DNA from: Polymyxa betae A26-41
Taxonomy: Eukaryota > Protista > Endomyxa: Phytomyxea
NCBI GenBank assembly: GCA_003693705.1
Contig: RBZT01000219.1
Location: 1 to 64,000 of the forward strand
DNA: 64,000 bases
Direction of reading: 5' to 3'
The notes under the pieces were generated by a model. It saw nothing but the letters and a program-made list of their open reading frames with translations, had not been told where the DNA came from and made no database searches. The first letter of the stretch is position 1, and each line of letters begins with the position of its first letter. The position numbers were made by a program, and so were the translations under genes. Shown one piece after another: positions 1 through 12,646 of this stretch.

Positions 1-809
1 GCAGAAATTTCTATTCGACCGAAGTGGTTCATTTTGCCTTGCCGCATAACTAAGACCAAGGCGTGGCAGTCGCTAAAACCTTCGTTCTCTAATCGCACAC
101 AGTGTAAATCTGGCAACTCCATAGCTCTGGCAGACTCCCCTCGCAGAATTGCATAATGTGACAGACAGAACGTGACCAAGTTGCTTAAACTCGTGCCCAA
201 ATTCTTGCTTCGACTCCAGAAATAGTCGGCTATACTGCAGATTTGTTGGAGAGTAGAATACCCATCAAGCATAGTTCCGATGCCTCTATCGTCATAATTT
301 GCTCGCCTTACTCTTTCGCGTTCATAATGAGTGTTACGAAGAAGGGCCTGTACATTGTCGTCTCTAGGATGCGGATACGAATTTATCCCAAGGCGACATT
401 GAAGTGTGTACAGATCAACGATTGCCGATGTATAAGCTTCGACAGTTGATTTGCCGATAATTTTGTCGACAGAATTGATGCTAATCCTGCTTCTCTTTCT
501 CGAAATACGGCCGATTACTTCTTCGACAAGAAAAAGATGCAGCTTCGGACCGGTAACAGTGAATCTAGTATCATCAGGAAAGTTTTTGTTTATGCACCAT
601 CTTTTAAACTCGTCCTGCTTGGAGCGATAGGTTTTAGTGGTATTCGAAGATCTAACGTCGTTCGCGTGAGAGTGTGTACGGTGGATCGCTTCTGCCATCT
701 GCACATCGAGCATCGCCTGCGAAAACGGCGCCGTGCATTGCGGCGACGATTCCGAAGGCGCTGGGCATTGCGGCGAGGATTCCGAAGGCTGGGTTACAGA
801 ATCCGTCAT
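1..809 (-). mobile_element. Crypton-type (CryptonF / NDC10_II-like) DNA transposon tyrosine recombinase ORF, 3' end runs off the window
   Basis: Manual translation from ATG at 809 is open to position 3 with no introns: MTDSVTQPSESSPQ...TYRSKQDEFKRWC...VTGPKLHLFLVEEVIGR...STVEAYTSAIVDLY...NSYPHPR...YDDRGIGTMLDGY...LSHYAILRGESARAMELPDL...LENEG..CHALVLVMRQGKMNHFGRIE. DRG.GT..DGY, LRGE (catalytic Arg) and GK.N (catalytic Lys) are recalled hallmarks of fungal/oomycete CryptonF and Ndc10-like recombinases. Confidence 0.85.
735..789. repeat. Two near-identical 30-bp tandem units encoding PSESSPQC(P/T)A in the recombinase N-terminus
   Basis: gcattgcggcgacgattccgaagg at 735 recurs as gcattgcggcgaggattccgaagg at 765. 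Confidence 0.9.
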
Positions 810-1283
810 TAGGAAAGCTCGCCGAAAGAATCAATAATGGGTGGATGACTGGAAGACGAATTCAACAATGTCCGTAACGCATATTTTGGTCGGGACGCCA
901 AAACAGTGGGTCGTTAGGACGGGGTCCTATATAGTGAGATATGCGTTAAACATCGAAAAAAACTTATCACAAAAGTTTAATGTGTAACTTTTTACACAAA
1001 CAACAAATCTGCGCGCATAAACTGCAATAATTGCGTACTCAGTTTCTGTCTCTTGGTATCTGAACATATTTGGCTCAAGTTAAATGTTAAAGAGGGCCCA
1101 TGTCCAGAATCAAGGCCGTCTATTGTCAAGTAATAACAACCACCTCATCTTGATTACAGGCATTGTCGCATCATGTCTGTAGACATCCATTAGAAAAGCA
1201 CGAACCCATATGCAAATTCGTTCTAAAATGGGAGCTGCTGTCCGTCGCGCGGTGTAATATAATCTCAGTTTGATCATACGGAG

Positions 1284-2015
1284 ATGGAGAGCGGCAGCGA
1301 GTTCCCGTGCCCGGCCCCAGCTCCATCTGAGTCTATCGAACAGTCCTTTGGACCCGATTACGATGATGATCCAGCAGTCTCTTCGAGCCAGGTGGCCCCT
1401 GTCCCAAAATCTTCGATCCCCTTCAAGCAGGCCCCGTTACCAGAAGGCTTCGATTTCGGTAGCCTGTGTTTTTTCAAGATTCGAAATCATCCATACTGGC
1501 CTGGCAGAGTCTGTCAGACATACTCTGTAATCGTGATATTCCTCAAATTTGGTTGTAGATTTCGGGAGCCGGTTTCGCATCCGATAGCACGATGAAAGCG
1601 TTGCGTGGGGAAGGCATCGTCGTTCTGAGCTTCGGCAATCACGACTACGAAGTCGTACCGGCCGAGTCGATCATCCCGTTTGACGAATGTATTTCGCAGA
1701 AATCGAAACGACAAAACAAGGCGCTGCGAAACGCTATCAAGGAGGCTATCAAGGTTCAGAGCGGCGACCTCGTCCTCGATGAATCAACATTGGAAATCGT
1801 AGGCAGTTTCGAACGTCGTCTGAGTCGATTTATCTGATTGTTGGGACAAGGATGAGAGCATACCAGATCGTGGCAGAGGCAAACGTCCTCGATCATCGGC
1901 TGGCCCAGGGCTGCCATTAACTGCCGAACAGCGGAAACAGTACAGGAGGAAGATTCTAAGCCAGCTGGGACTATTCCCACCAGATGTTCTGCTATCAGAT
2001 TATGGCTTAAGTTGA
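1284..2015 (+). CDS. PWWP-domain protein (3 exons)
   Basis: FDFGSLCFFKIRNHPYWPGR / ...VVLSFGNHDYEVVPAESIIPFDE...ALRNAIKEA is a PWWP fold with PYWP. GT-AG introns at about 1509-1558 and 1799-1850 join the frames to TGA at 2015. Confidence 0.8.
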
Positions 2016-2654
2016 CCGAAATGATGCACTCTGTATACAAATAGGGAGCGTCATGGTTTCTATGCACAACCTATGATGTTGAAATGTATTGGAGTTCTTC
2101 ATATCGCATATCTCCTCCAAACTTTGTGTAGACCCTCTGCTGTTCGATAATCATGCATTGTATCAATTCCAACCATGTTCATTGATAGATTCCGATAACT
2201 GAGTTAGCATTGATCTTGGCTTTACGACCATTAGGCAGCGCCGATTGGTGACAAAAGAAGCAGTTGAATTGATTAATCCACAGCAGCTTTGGAATCCAGT
2301 ATATTCGAATCTCTTCTATGCAAATAATCTCCATCGCAGTGTTTGTCACATTGAATTTCTCAGCCGAGATAGAAGCATTAAAGCTGTATTTTGAAAGTCA
2401 TCTTTTGACCAAAAAATTAGGCCGAGACATCAAACCGTCCAAAAATCTGTATGTTTGGAAGGAAGAATCAAATCTTGGAAACTGTTATCAAGACGAATGA
2501 AACTTGCAAAACTGCCTTTGAAGATGTTGATAGACGCAGTTTTACATCTGCGAGCGGAAATTTGAACGGAGTTGTTATGGTTGATTTTAGAAGAGAGGAA
2601 TAGTATAGGGCATTATCACCTTCATCATACTCCATTCTTACATACAGACACTAA

Positions 2655-5040
2655 ATGTCTTGTAACGGAGCGGAGATCGACGATCGACAAGACACGCACA
2701 GTCCAGAAGGCGTGGAATCACAGCCATCGCTCGACGGCGTAATGGAGCAGCTGTCGTCCGATGAGATGTCTGATGTGCCAGAGACTGTCTCGCGATCCGA
2801 ATCGCTCTCTAACATTGACGAAGCTGTCAATCTTGCGGAAGCCTATAAGGATCAAGGCAATGCTGATTTCAGAAGTAAATCCCTTTCTTATGCATCGATT
2901 TTCTTTTCGGAAGCTCTTTTGCTTCTGTTGCAGACACCATTGTTGGGTTATGTTTCTATATCTCAGCAACGCTACTACAGGTAATCGTTACCATGCCGCT
3001 CTATCGTCGTACACGATCGCCATCGAAACGTACGCGTATTCGGCTGTATATTATGCCAATCGAGCCTTCTGCCATATTCGTCTGGAGAATTTCGGTTTGG
3101 CTGTTGCTGATGCTACAAAGGCCCTTGAACTTGACCCATCTTATGTGAAAGCGTACCGAACCATTTTCTGTTTATCGCTTCTACCAGCATGTTTATGTTT
3201 GTGTTATGCATTACCGACTCACTCTGTTCAGGTATTATCGACGGGGAGCTGCTTACCTCGGTATGGGCAAGTACAACCTTGCTGTTCGCGATTTCGAACG
3301 TGTATGTAAGATTCATCCGAAGAATTCTCAGGCGCAGGTTAAATACAAAGAGTACGAAGTCGTTCATTTAGGTTCAGGTCTATCAGCTTTAATCTCATGA
3401 TTGCTGTTCAGATGTAAACGGGCGGCCACTGAGGCAGCTTTCTCACGAGCTATTGAATCGGAACGAAGCCTTCCACCATCACAAGTAATGGATTGGAGAT
3501 CTATTCCATTACCATCATCATACGATGGTCAGTATCTGAGCATAAATCCACCTCTATCGCAATTGTATTCAGAAACGCTTGCGTTTAGGACCTGAATACC
3601 CTGAGTCCGGTATTACCCGCGATTTCCTAGTCCAGGTCATGGAATGGTTCCGATCTCAGAAGAACTTACCGAAACGGTATGCGACGCGTATTGTCCTGGA
3701 GCTGATCGAGATCTTGAGGAAGTCAGTACCAAGTTTCTAGATAACGATTTTCAAATGGTTTCTTTTGAGCGACGGGGCTTTCGATTTTTAAACCTTCTTA
3801 TTACTATGATTGAATGGGGACGGGTTCTGTTATGGTCTTTTAAAGTAATATGAGCTGATGCAATGACATAGGGAAGTGAATGTTGTTGAGGTTAATGTAG
3901 CTCCTGAAGAGGAGTTCATTGTGTGTGGCGATATTCATGGCCAATATTATGACCTGCTTAACATCTGGAAGATGAATGGTTATCCTGGCCCTAAAAATCG
4001 GTTTTTGTTTAATGGGGACTTTGTTGGTATGTGCAAACTCTTATCTTCACTTGCAATCATCAAGTTTCCTCTCTAAATCCCTTCTTGTTTCCGACAATAA
4101 TCGTGTCGTTTAGATCGCGGCTCGTTTTCTGCTGAATGTGCTTTATCGCTATTCGCATGGAAGGTTCTTGATCCGAATTTTTTGATATTGACCCGAGGCA
4201 ATCACGAATCACGCAGCATGAACTCGATCTATGGTCAGGATAATGCAAATTCTAGTACGCTACTAACTATTATGTATTGCAGGATTCCAGGGCGAGATCA
4301 TTCACAAATACGATGCATCTGTCTATGAGCTGTTTTGTGAAGCCTTTTGCCTGTTGCCTTTGGCTGCTTTGCTGAAAGGCGATCCCAGCGAACAAAATGT
4401 ATCAAACATTTTCCCATTGAACATCTGCATATTCTTGATTGTCGTTTTCACTTTGTGCTTTTCACTGCTGGACTGAGACTGTGGTATAAAGGTGCTCGTC
4501 GTACACGGCGGTTTATTCACGCGCGATGACGTCACAATCGCCGAGCTGCAAACGATTGATCGAAACCAGCAGCCGCCAGAGACAGGCCTGATGTGTGAGA
4601 TGCTTTGGTCGGATCCGCAGAAAGATCCAGGTCGATCTGCATCAAGACGTGGTGTTGGCGTCTCATTCGGTCCTGATGTAACACGAAAGTTCCTACAGCA
4701 GAATGATCTCAAACTGCTGATTCGATCGCACGAGGTCAAAGATGAAGGATACGAGGTCGAGTGCGATGGACAGCTTGTGACCGTATTCTCTGCGCCCAGA
4801 TGTAAGTGCCAATCTCGTCAATTCGAGGTCGTACTGGCCACTGACACGCTCGTGCAGATTGTGACCAGCTGGAGAACAAAGGCGCGTTTATTCGCCTTAA
4901 TCATCGCTTGGAGCCCAAATATTGCTCGTTTGAAAGCGTGGTATGGATCGTTATTTCTGTTCTTCGATATTGCTGATTTATGATAGCCGCACCCTCCTGT
5001 GAGAGCAATGTCTTTCGCTCGTCCTCTGATGCAAATGTGA
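2655..5040 (+). CDS. PPP5C: Serine/threonine protein phosphatase 5 (TPR + PPP catalytic domain), multi-exon
   Basis: TPRs ([39 protein letters not shown]), GDIHGQ, NGDFV/DRG, RGNHE, HGGLF, LWSDP, IRSHE, and a C-terminal PHPPVRAM tail. Confidence 0.95.
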
Positions 5041-5639
5041 GCGTCGATGTCGTAATAAATGTTTTGCGATCGTCTTGGGCATATTTTGTAGTAGGGGATG
5101 GTTTCCGCGCTTGACGATCTATCCGACGTCCAATTCTGCCTGACTCGTCATCATTATCACTGGTTGTGATATCTTGATTGCAGTCGCCGTCGTGGCAGTA
5201 GAGAAAGCCACCAGGATTAGATCGTACCTCATCAACCGGAAAAGCTAGTTTTTGAATATGACTGCTTTTGGCAGCTCTTGGAGAATGACCTTCACAAACA
5301 AAGACGCTCGAGTAAGCTGTATGGATTGTAGTACCATTATACAACAATAATTGAAGATGCTTAGAGATAAGAATGAGCTGAATAAAATGAAAACCTCCTA
5401 GTTAGAGGGGGTTGGGAAAATAAAGAATGAAATTTCGATCGATCATGAAGATACTACATCCATCATGATCATTGCAATAAACCAGCTCTATCGCGTCTAC
5501 AGATGGATCCCATCGGCGATATCGTTTACTCGTCCTGTCATGCAATTGTCAGCGCCGTACTCGTACTAAACCCTATTGCAATCATTGATCATATCTCATT
5601 GAATGAACTCAGGACGGATGATGGAGGATATTGTATGTA

Positions 5640-6966
5640 TTAGACAGATGACGAAGCTTCCCGTTGGCGACGACGTTTTACACGACGTCCTATTCCACCT
5701 GCTTCATCATCATCATCATAACTGCCTGTACTAACAGCACTCTGGACAGATTCGCCAGCACCAGCTGCCGCCGTACTGGTCCCCGTATCCGCTGACGCCT
5801 TGCTGGTTGTCGAGCCAGATCCAGCAGCAGCGCCGCCTTCCGCCGTACTGGTCCGCGCCTCTGTTTTCGTGGATGTTGCCGTTGGTGGTCTTGACAGACG
5901 AGGACGTTTGCGATCGCATGTCATAGATGATAGTAATTGTACCATTTGTTCAGCAGATGGACGTAGACGTGAATCTTCATCGAGACAGGCTTCGAGGGCT
6001 TCAATCAGATCCGACGAATACGTCTCACGTAAACGTTCTGGGATCTGGAACTCAACAATGGGCTTGTTACGTTGAATACGACGTCGACGTTGTTTGTTCC
6101 ATTGATCGAATTGTTCCATAGCACCCATTAGCTCTAACATAACACCTATTAACGATATGATTGAGATATGCAGAACTCCTGTAATACATCAATTACATGC
6201 AAATGCGAACATATCATCAGAATAGCATGGTTTAGGTGGTGGTTGATCTTCATTCTCCCACGATGCCACAAGATTACTTGGCATAAATTCCAATGTACCA
6301 GCAACAGATGAGACCGGTTCACCTCTTTCAGCAACAAGACCAAGATCACCAAGTTTAGCTTCTTGTATAGTATCACCACTATCACATGGATATAATAGTA
6401 CATTGCCACTTTTAACATCACGATGTACAAGACCAGCAGCATGAATATCACGAATCTGTACATACTGTCAGTGAAACCCTAGAACCCTAATAACCACATC
6501 CTACCGCTTTTGCCAGTCGTAATCCGATCCATAGAGCCTGTTCAGGTTGTAAGATCTCTCCAGCTTGTAGATAATTATCAAGATCAGATCCAGCAGCTTT
6601 CTCCATAACAATAACACCAGCTTGTGCATCTTTATCTAATGCACCACGTTGTATACTAACAATATAACGAGAATCACCAAGAGCTTTCATAGCAGCAACT
6701 TCTTTCACAAAGCACAGACGATCATCATCAATATCATCTTCGTCAAATTCGACAACTTTTACAGCAACTTCGGTCTGTGTTTGTTCACACCATGCAGCAT
6801 GTACAGATCCAAATGTACCAGCACCAAGTTGATCAGATACTTTCAGATTTAATGTTGATAATGTCTCTCGTATACAGGACTCTCCAGCAACATTTATATC
6901 AAGTTGATCAACAACACTATCATCAAGTATCTTAGATGTTGATGATGAAGAGCCAGCACTACCCAT
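5640..6966 (-). CDS. Protein kinase (3 exons) with possible N-myristoylation site and low-complexity tail
   Basis: MGSAGS start; GAGTFG, VAVK and KEV in exon 1. Exon 2 (manual translation) reads HRDVKSGNVLL...KLGDLG...GTLEFMPSN...DDMFAFA. Exon 3 reads CLDEDSRLRPSAEQ. Confidence 0.85.
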
Positions 6967-7080
6967 TTCCCAATCAACTAATAAAATATGTTTCATTCAT
7001 ATTCCGTCGGAACGTAATTCCAGCGAATTCGTTCCCGTTCCGGGCGGGATCTGTCAAGATCGATCATCATGCTCAATGAG

Positions 7081-8444
7081 TCACGTCCATGTTAATGCAT
7101 CGTGTTTTCGGAGATACGATTTATGCTGGCCCATCTCGGTGCTATATGAGTACATATGTTAGGGTTGATTGCAGAGATCGGTCGTGCTGGTCCTCACCTG
7201 AGCTGGGCCAGTCGGTTCTCCACCCAGGCCTTGCGTTTGCGCTGCTGGGCAGTACGACCGGCGCTGGAGGTCGGGTACCGCATGAGTTCGGATTCCAACT
7301 GCTGATATTCTAATCCGCATTGGGAGAGCTGCTGCTGGACAGCCGTCACCGTATCATAGTCGAATCGGGCATCGTCCTGCTCTGCAGCAGCAGCAGCAGC
7401 AGCAGCAGCGGGCGTTGTGAGGTCGTCGTCGTATGTCTTGTCGGATCGTGGTATGGAGGCACCCATCACGTTCTGCCAGCGATGCTGTTCATCAGATCCT
7501 TCAGGATGGGCATCTGTGTATCCATGTCGGGATGGAGTCCGGGGTCGGTACTCGCTGGGGTAGTACGACGACTCGAGGTGCTGTCGTGGATTGACCCGTT
7601 CAAGAGCCTGTTGGCAGGCGTCTAATGATTTCTCAACACGTAATTGTTGTTGTACATTGTGCATAGATTCATATTGATGACGTTGTAGTGTATGTTGATA
7701 CATATCAAGCTGACCCTGAGCTCGACCTAATTCAACATTCAATGAGACGATCCTCTCGTGTGCTTGTTGTAGACCGCTCCTTAGATCAGCAATTGTATCA
7801 TCGCCAACACTCATCTAAACAAGAGAGCGACGGTTAGAAAACTATCGTTGGAGTCGAAAGCTATGTTTTTGCTGGAAAAGATGACAACGTATTGCTGGGT
7901 GAAATAGCTTCTAATCAACGAATAGCAGCGGTATTTCAATTACCTTCTGCTTCATTGCTATTAATTGTTGATGCATTTGTTGTTCCATCGCCTGAAACTG
8001 AGCCGATTGTGAATCAATTTCTTCCTGCAACTGTCGATTTGATTGACGTAATTGATCAACATCTTGTAATTGTGCTTCCATCACTGAAATCTCGTGACGA
8101 TATTTATCCTGTTGATTGGCAGCATCTTGAATTGAATGTAATTGTTTCTGTAATAACGCAATTTGAAGATGATCATGTTCATTGTTCTGTGATGATTGAT
8201 TTAGTTCCTGATTCCTCTTATCCAATTCACGTTCAAGTTCCTCAATATGTTCTGCAGATTGTTGTTCTGTATGTTTCAGTCGTTGAACCGCAATGGATAG
8301 AGACTTGTAATGTTCACATTCATCATGCTTGCTGAGGATCAACGAGCGATCTCGTCTACGTTTATGGCGCAGGTCATCCACAATACCTTCCAATGAGGCG
8401 ATGCGAGCTTCGAGAATCCCGACTAAATCACCTGGACCATTCAT
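7081..8444 (-). CDS. Coiled-coil protein with MPHOSPH9-like C-terminus (3 exons)
   Basis: Q/E/L heptad-rich exons. The spliced C-terminus LESELMRYPTSSAGRTAQQRKRKAWVENRLAQLSTEMGQHKSYLRKHDAL resembles the recalled C-terminal motif of centriolar MPP9. Confidence 0.55.
7384..7409. repeat. (GCA)n microsatellite encoding poly-Ala on the minus strand
   Basis: About 8-9 uninterrupted GCA units. Confidence 0.9.
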
Positions 8445-8568
8445 AAGAACAGATCAACCTCGTCACAGCCTTTCATGCATTTAGTACTCGCTGGAAAGTA
8501 TTGTTACATGGTGATTGGCAGCATGTGGCTGAAAAGATAGATCTGTTTATTGATGGGCGTCTCTCGAA

Positions 8569-9300
8569 TTACCTGTATGGATGATATCTATTAGCATGAT
8601 GAGCTTTATATTCTTGAGTTGGTTGTGGATGTGATACAAGATCATAGAGAAAGTCGAACTTCTTGTCATTGAATACAGCCCGAATAATGTCTTCTCTCTG
8701 AATAAAACAATCAGAATATGGACAACCAATATGATCACATTCTTTACTTGGATTGTACGACGTTTCTCAGCCTGTGCTAACTTCCAACTCTGATATGTGA
8801 GATCTGATATGAATAATGCACATGCTTTGGCCATTAGAGTTGGAGTTTCTGCTCCCACCATCTGATCATGATTTCAGTAATGTTTCATGTCATGACAACA
8901 TCTTCCATACCGAGATATCACCATCACGTTTGATCAATGCTTTAACGCGAGCATTCGGCAAATCAGCGTGTTGCCCGTTTTCGCTCTGCGTCTGGCCATG
9001 CGCGATCTTCAGAAACTTATCGTGAAGATATGGGGAAATTGAGGCAGTTGCCTTGCTTTCTTTGACGGGTTCTTGTTGAACCGGTCCTTGACGATGAGAT
9101 TCGTTTACTGGTGAAGATGGAAATAGCGATTGCAAGTAAGCGGTCAACTCTGGCGACGCCCCGATGGCTTCATCGATGCTAAAGAAGGGATTATCATCAG
9201 CGATGCTTGCAGAGACATTTTGAAGAGTCTGGTCAGGATTAAGTTGAGGCAAGGACGATGAGACCTCATTGAAAGGGTAGACGTTGCCTGATTGGGACAT
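8569..9300 (-). CDS. NFYC: NF-YC / HAP5-like histone-fold CCAAT-binding subunit
   Basis: LPNARVKALIKRDGDI / MVGAETPTLMAKACALFISDLT..SW...KRRTIQ / REDIIRAVFNDKKFDFLYDLV. The 3' end is uncertain; there may be one more small exon to about 8505. Confidence 0.8.
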
Positions 9301-9614
9301 AGAGCACCAAGACCTTCAATGTGGCTGATTAATTCGGGACCTTAAAAATTGTGATGTATGCGGGTGCAGTGTAAATGGTTATGATGTCGGCAATTGGGAA
9401 ATATCTGGTTTAGGGTCACCCATTCACATGTGGCTCAACATCGGCCGTTGTCCACGACAACTTCCATAGCGTCAGAAAGCTATGTGCTTGATTTATATAC
9501 TACAAAGTTAATAGGGGCTAGAGACATATATGATCAAGGGATAAATGTGCTTGGATAGATGATGGAATGTGCTTAAGTAGGTATATTTGCAGCGGGCATC
9601 TGTCAGCTACACGC

Positions 9615-12439
9615 TAATCTTGGCAGTCTTCTTTCGTGAGTGGTACTAGAATGGATTCAGAACCTGAAAGGATTCCGACACGATTGAGACAGACCTTGGC
9701 TGCACAAGAAACCATAATAAACGTCAAAATAACGGCAGAGATCAATGACACCGTAATAACTGAGATCAGCTGTGTCCGGTTTAGATCGCCAGGTCCTGTT
9801 ACTAAAACACATTAAGTTGAGAAATCGTCGATTCACAAAGATCTGAGAAATGATAACGAACATAAAAGCTGAGATATAAACAGAACAGGAAGACAGTGAT
9901 AAAACGAATCTTCTTTCGAAGCTCACTTTGAGGTTCGTTGGGCATCTGTTTGACGTCGTCAGCATCATGAGGAACTTGTTTGGCTCCCTAAATCGATCGA
10001 TCAGTAATAGATTCGCGGAAATTGGAAATTCCACTTTACGTGACTTGAATAATTCGGACACTCTGGCATCACCGAATCAAGTCGACTTTCCTAAAAAAAA
10101 ATTAGTTGAACATTTATAACAAACGTAACAGAGAACCAGACCATTTGGTTTCCGTCTGGCTGCTCTTCATTATCGACTGAATTTAAAGCGGCATCGTTGC
10201 CATCCACAACCTAAATGTTATTTAGAACAACTGTGCAATAGTTAAGGACAACGCCAAACTGTTATTGGCTCGATTTTGCTCAAAAAATTACAGAACAGCC
10301 TAGTCGATCTTACTTCAGATATGATATCACTGCAAGAATCCTGTTCTGGAGAACTGTGGCAGGGATTCAACTTGCAACTTTTCTGTGTGAAGCTCTCAGA
10401 AATACAATCACTCAAATCGAAGAAGCTACCTGTAACAGTGGAGTGGAACCTTGATTTTCTGATTGGCAATCTTGATTGTAATCAACCTTGAAGAGTTCGT
10501 TGTCCGAGAGATTCATGTCATTATGAACTGCTTGATCCTAAACAGCAATGAAACGTTATTAGAAAACAGGCAGTTGGGTCGTACCTCTGAACCAGTAGCA
10601 AGTTCATTGATTGGGCTTAACCCATCATCGGCGATTTCTTGATCAGAGTGCACAGAATCAGACTGATTCAAACTTAGCAAGTGAGAAGATGAGAACTGAT
10701 CCCATACTAACATTTGATCCATGAGAGGAATTTCTTTCTGTTGACTGAATGTTTCGCTGTTCGAGTGTTGGATGTGCAAACGAAGGAGCGTTGTCCTAAA
10801 GACGACCATTAGCAAAAGATAAATATTGCTACCAGCAACCTACTTCTCTTTCAAGCATTCCTGGATCTCGAGGTACGTCTGGATTCGGAACCAGATCAAC
10901 TCTTGTGATGCGCGATGAATGGACATTTGAATCTGGTTCATTCTCTGAGAATAAATCCAAAATAACTTGTACGATCTCGAATGGCGCCTATAATAAAAAT
11001 GAGAGAAAACTGAGAGCTGACGAGATGATCAAACCTCTGCTACTATCTCTGGCAGTTTTTCGGGACTCGATGACTTCTCAAAGTCGCATTGATTGGCTTT
11101 CTGCTGGAAACGGCCCAACTGCAGGTTTTCGCAACTGGAAGAAACCTCGTCGAACAAAGTTAATGTCGCTGTCGGTGGGGCAGTTTCATCTTCAAGCGAA
11201 CTCAGTCGTAAATCCTCAGTTAAAGACAGAACGTCTTTGTTAGGCTGCTCCATCTTCATATCTTCTTCCGTTTGATTTGGGAGTTTCTCGTATTTCTTGA
11301 AGTTCTCCAAACTGTTATTAGCTGCATCGTCAATGACCTTCGAGTTGGCAACTCCCAAAATTTTGGGAATCTGTGCAATCAGATGTGAAATATTGTCTTG
11401 CGACTCATTGAGCTTGCTAATGAGAGCCTCTCGTTCAGATAGAAGCTCGGCTGTACGTTCTTCAGACTGAAATTTACCGGCTGTAAGCTCCTGGATCCTC
11501 AAAAGGTATTCAGAAGAGTCCTTATCTTTTTGCTGCAATAATCGACTATTTTCTTCAATAAGGCGATTCGTTTCTTTTATCGCCAGGTCACATTTCTGCA
11601 CTTGAAGATCTCCAGACGTCACAAGCTCAGAAAGTTCGTCACCAAGACGAGACTTGGAATCATTCAAATCCTGAAGCATCTGCCGATATTCACCAAGAGT
11701 AGCGTCTTTTGCATCTATTTCGGATTTCTGCTTCTCAACAGTTTGGAGCGCATGTTTGAGGGAGTGCTGAAGTTTCTCTATTTCAGAGTTCTTGGCGTTC
11801 ATGAGCTCAGAAATCGACTCGCTAAGAAGCACCTTGGAACTGTTCAGCTCTTTGATTTCATCTCGTTGTTCAGCCAAAACTAAGTCTTGTGTTTGAAGTT
11901 CTAGGATTCGCCTTTCATTGACCTGGATCTCGTCACTCAGCGAAAGCTGAAGGTTTTTTATTTGGTCTTGCAAGCGACGAATATTGTCACTATGGACTTC
12001 AGTTGTGCCCTTTGAAGAATTAGATGTCATTACGCTGCAAAAAAGACTCTAAAAACCTTTTGCATTTCCTCAGCCGTGCTACCACATCGCAAGCAACGAA
12101 AATTCCTAATAGTCATGTCAGAAATGTTTACTTTCCTTTTTTTGCTACCAAATGACGATAGCCAAACCAAGCACAAACCTTAAAGTATTGAGTTCTGATA
12201 GAAGTTCGTCATATCTAATGCTCCATTCTGTAGCGCTCTGTTTCTCATCAGTAACGATCACAATGACATAAACGCAACCGACCAAATACTCAGTTTCGTC
12301 GAGTTCTTTGCGGGACTCAAAAGCAAGGTATTTCCTCAAAGGCACTGGCTTCGGCTTGGTCTATGACACATCAGTACGAGACATCATGAGCATTCCAATA
12401 TGGTCACCCAATCCATAGCGGACTGAAGCAAACCGCCAT
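9615..12439 (-). CDS. Large multi-exon coiled-coil protein, function unknown
   Basis: A 333-aa heptad-rich exon (11029-12030) plus flanking short exons with GT-AG introns; probable start MAVCFSPLW at 12439. Both ends are approximate. Confidence 0.55.
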
Positions 12440-12646
12440 ATGCTTGTTTATCCGAGCCGCTGGTGTAAGGACCCTGACAATAACTTCATGCCTGATTGCA
12501 TGTACAAGGCTAGCCTACCATTATCTTCCAATTAAAATCAATTATTAAAGAGACAAGATGCAAGGACATCTCTTGTATCCGTTCAAACTGGCAAGCACTT
12601 AGTCATGGCAATATAAACGGCAAGTTTGAACTCAATACTTACATCG

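Noticed and set aside
243-877. ORF-track ORFs 243-449, 537-812 (Arg-rich), 652-834 and 674-877
   Set aside because: They are shadows of the minus-strand Crypton recombinase ORF and its 30-bp repeat.
1284-1340. CPAPAPSES in the PWWP protein resembles CPAPSES in the divergently oriented recombinase
   Set aside because: Short Pro/Ser low-complexity match with poor nucleotide identity.
3723-3871. Longer PP5 intron as a possible snoRNA host
   Set aside because: No canonical C box with a terminal stem; the CTGA is explained by the branch-point region.
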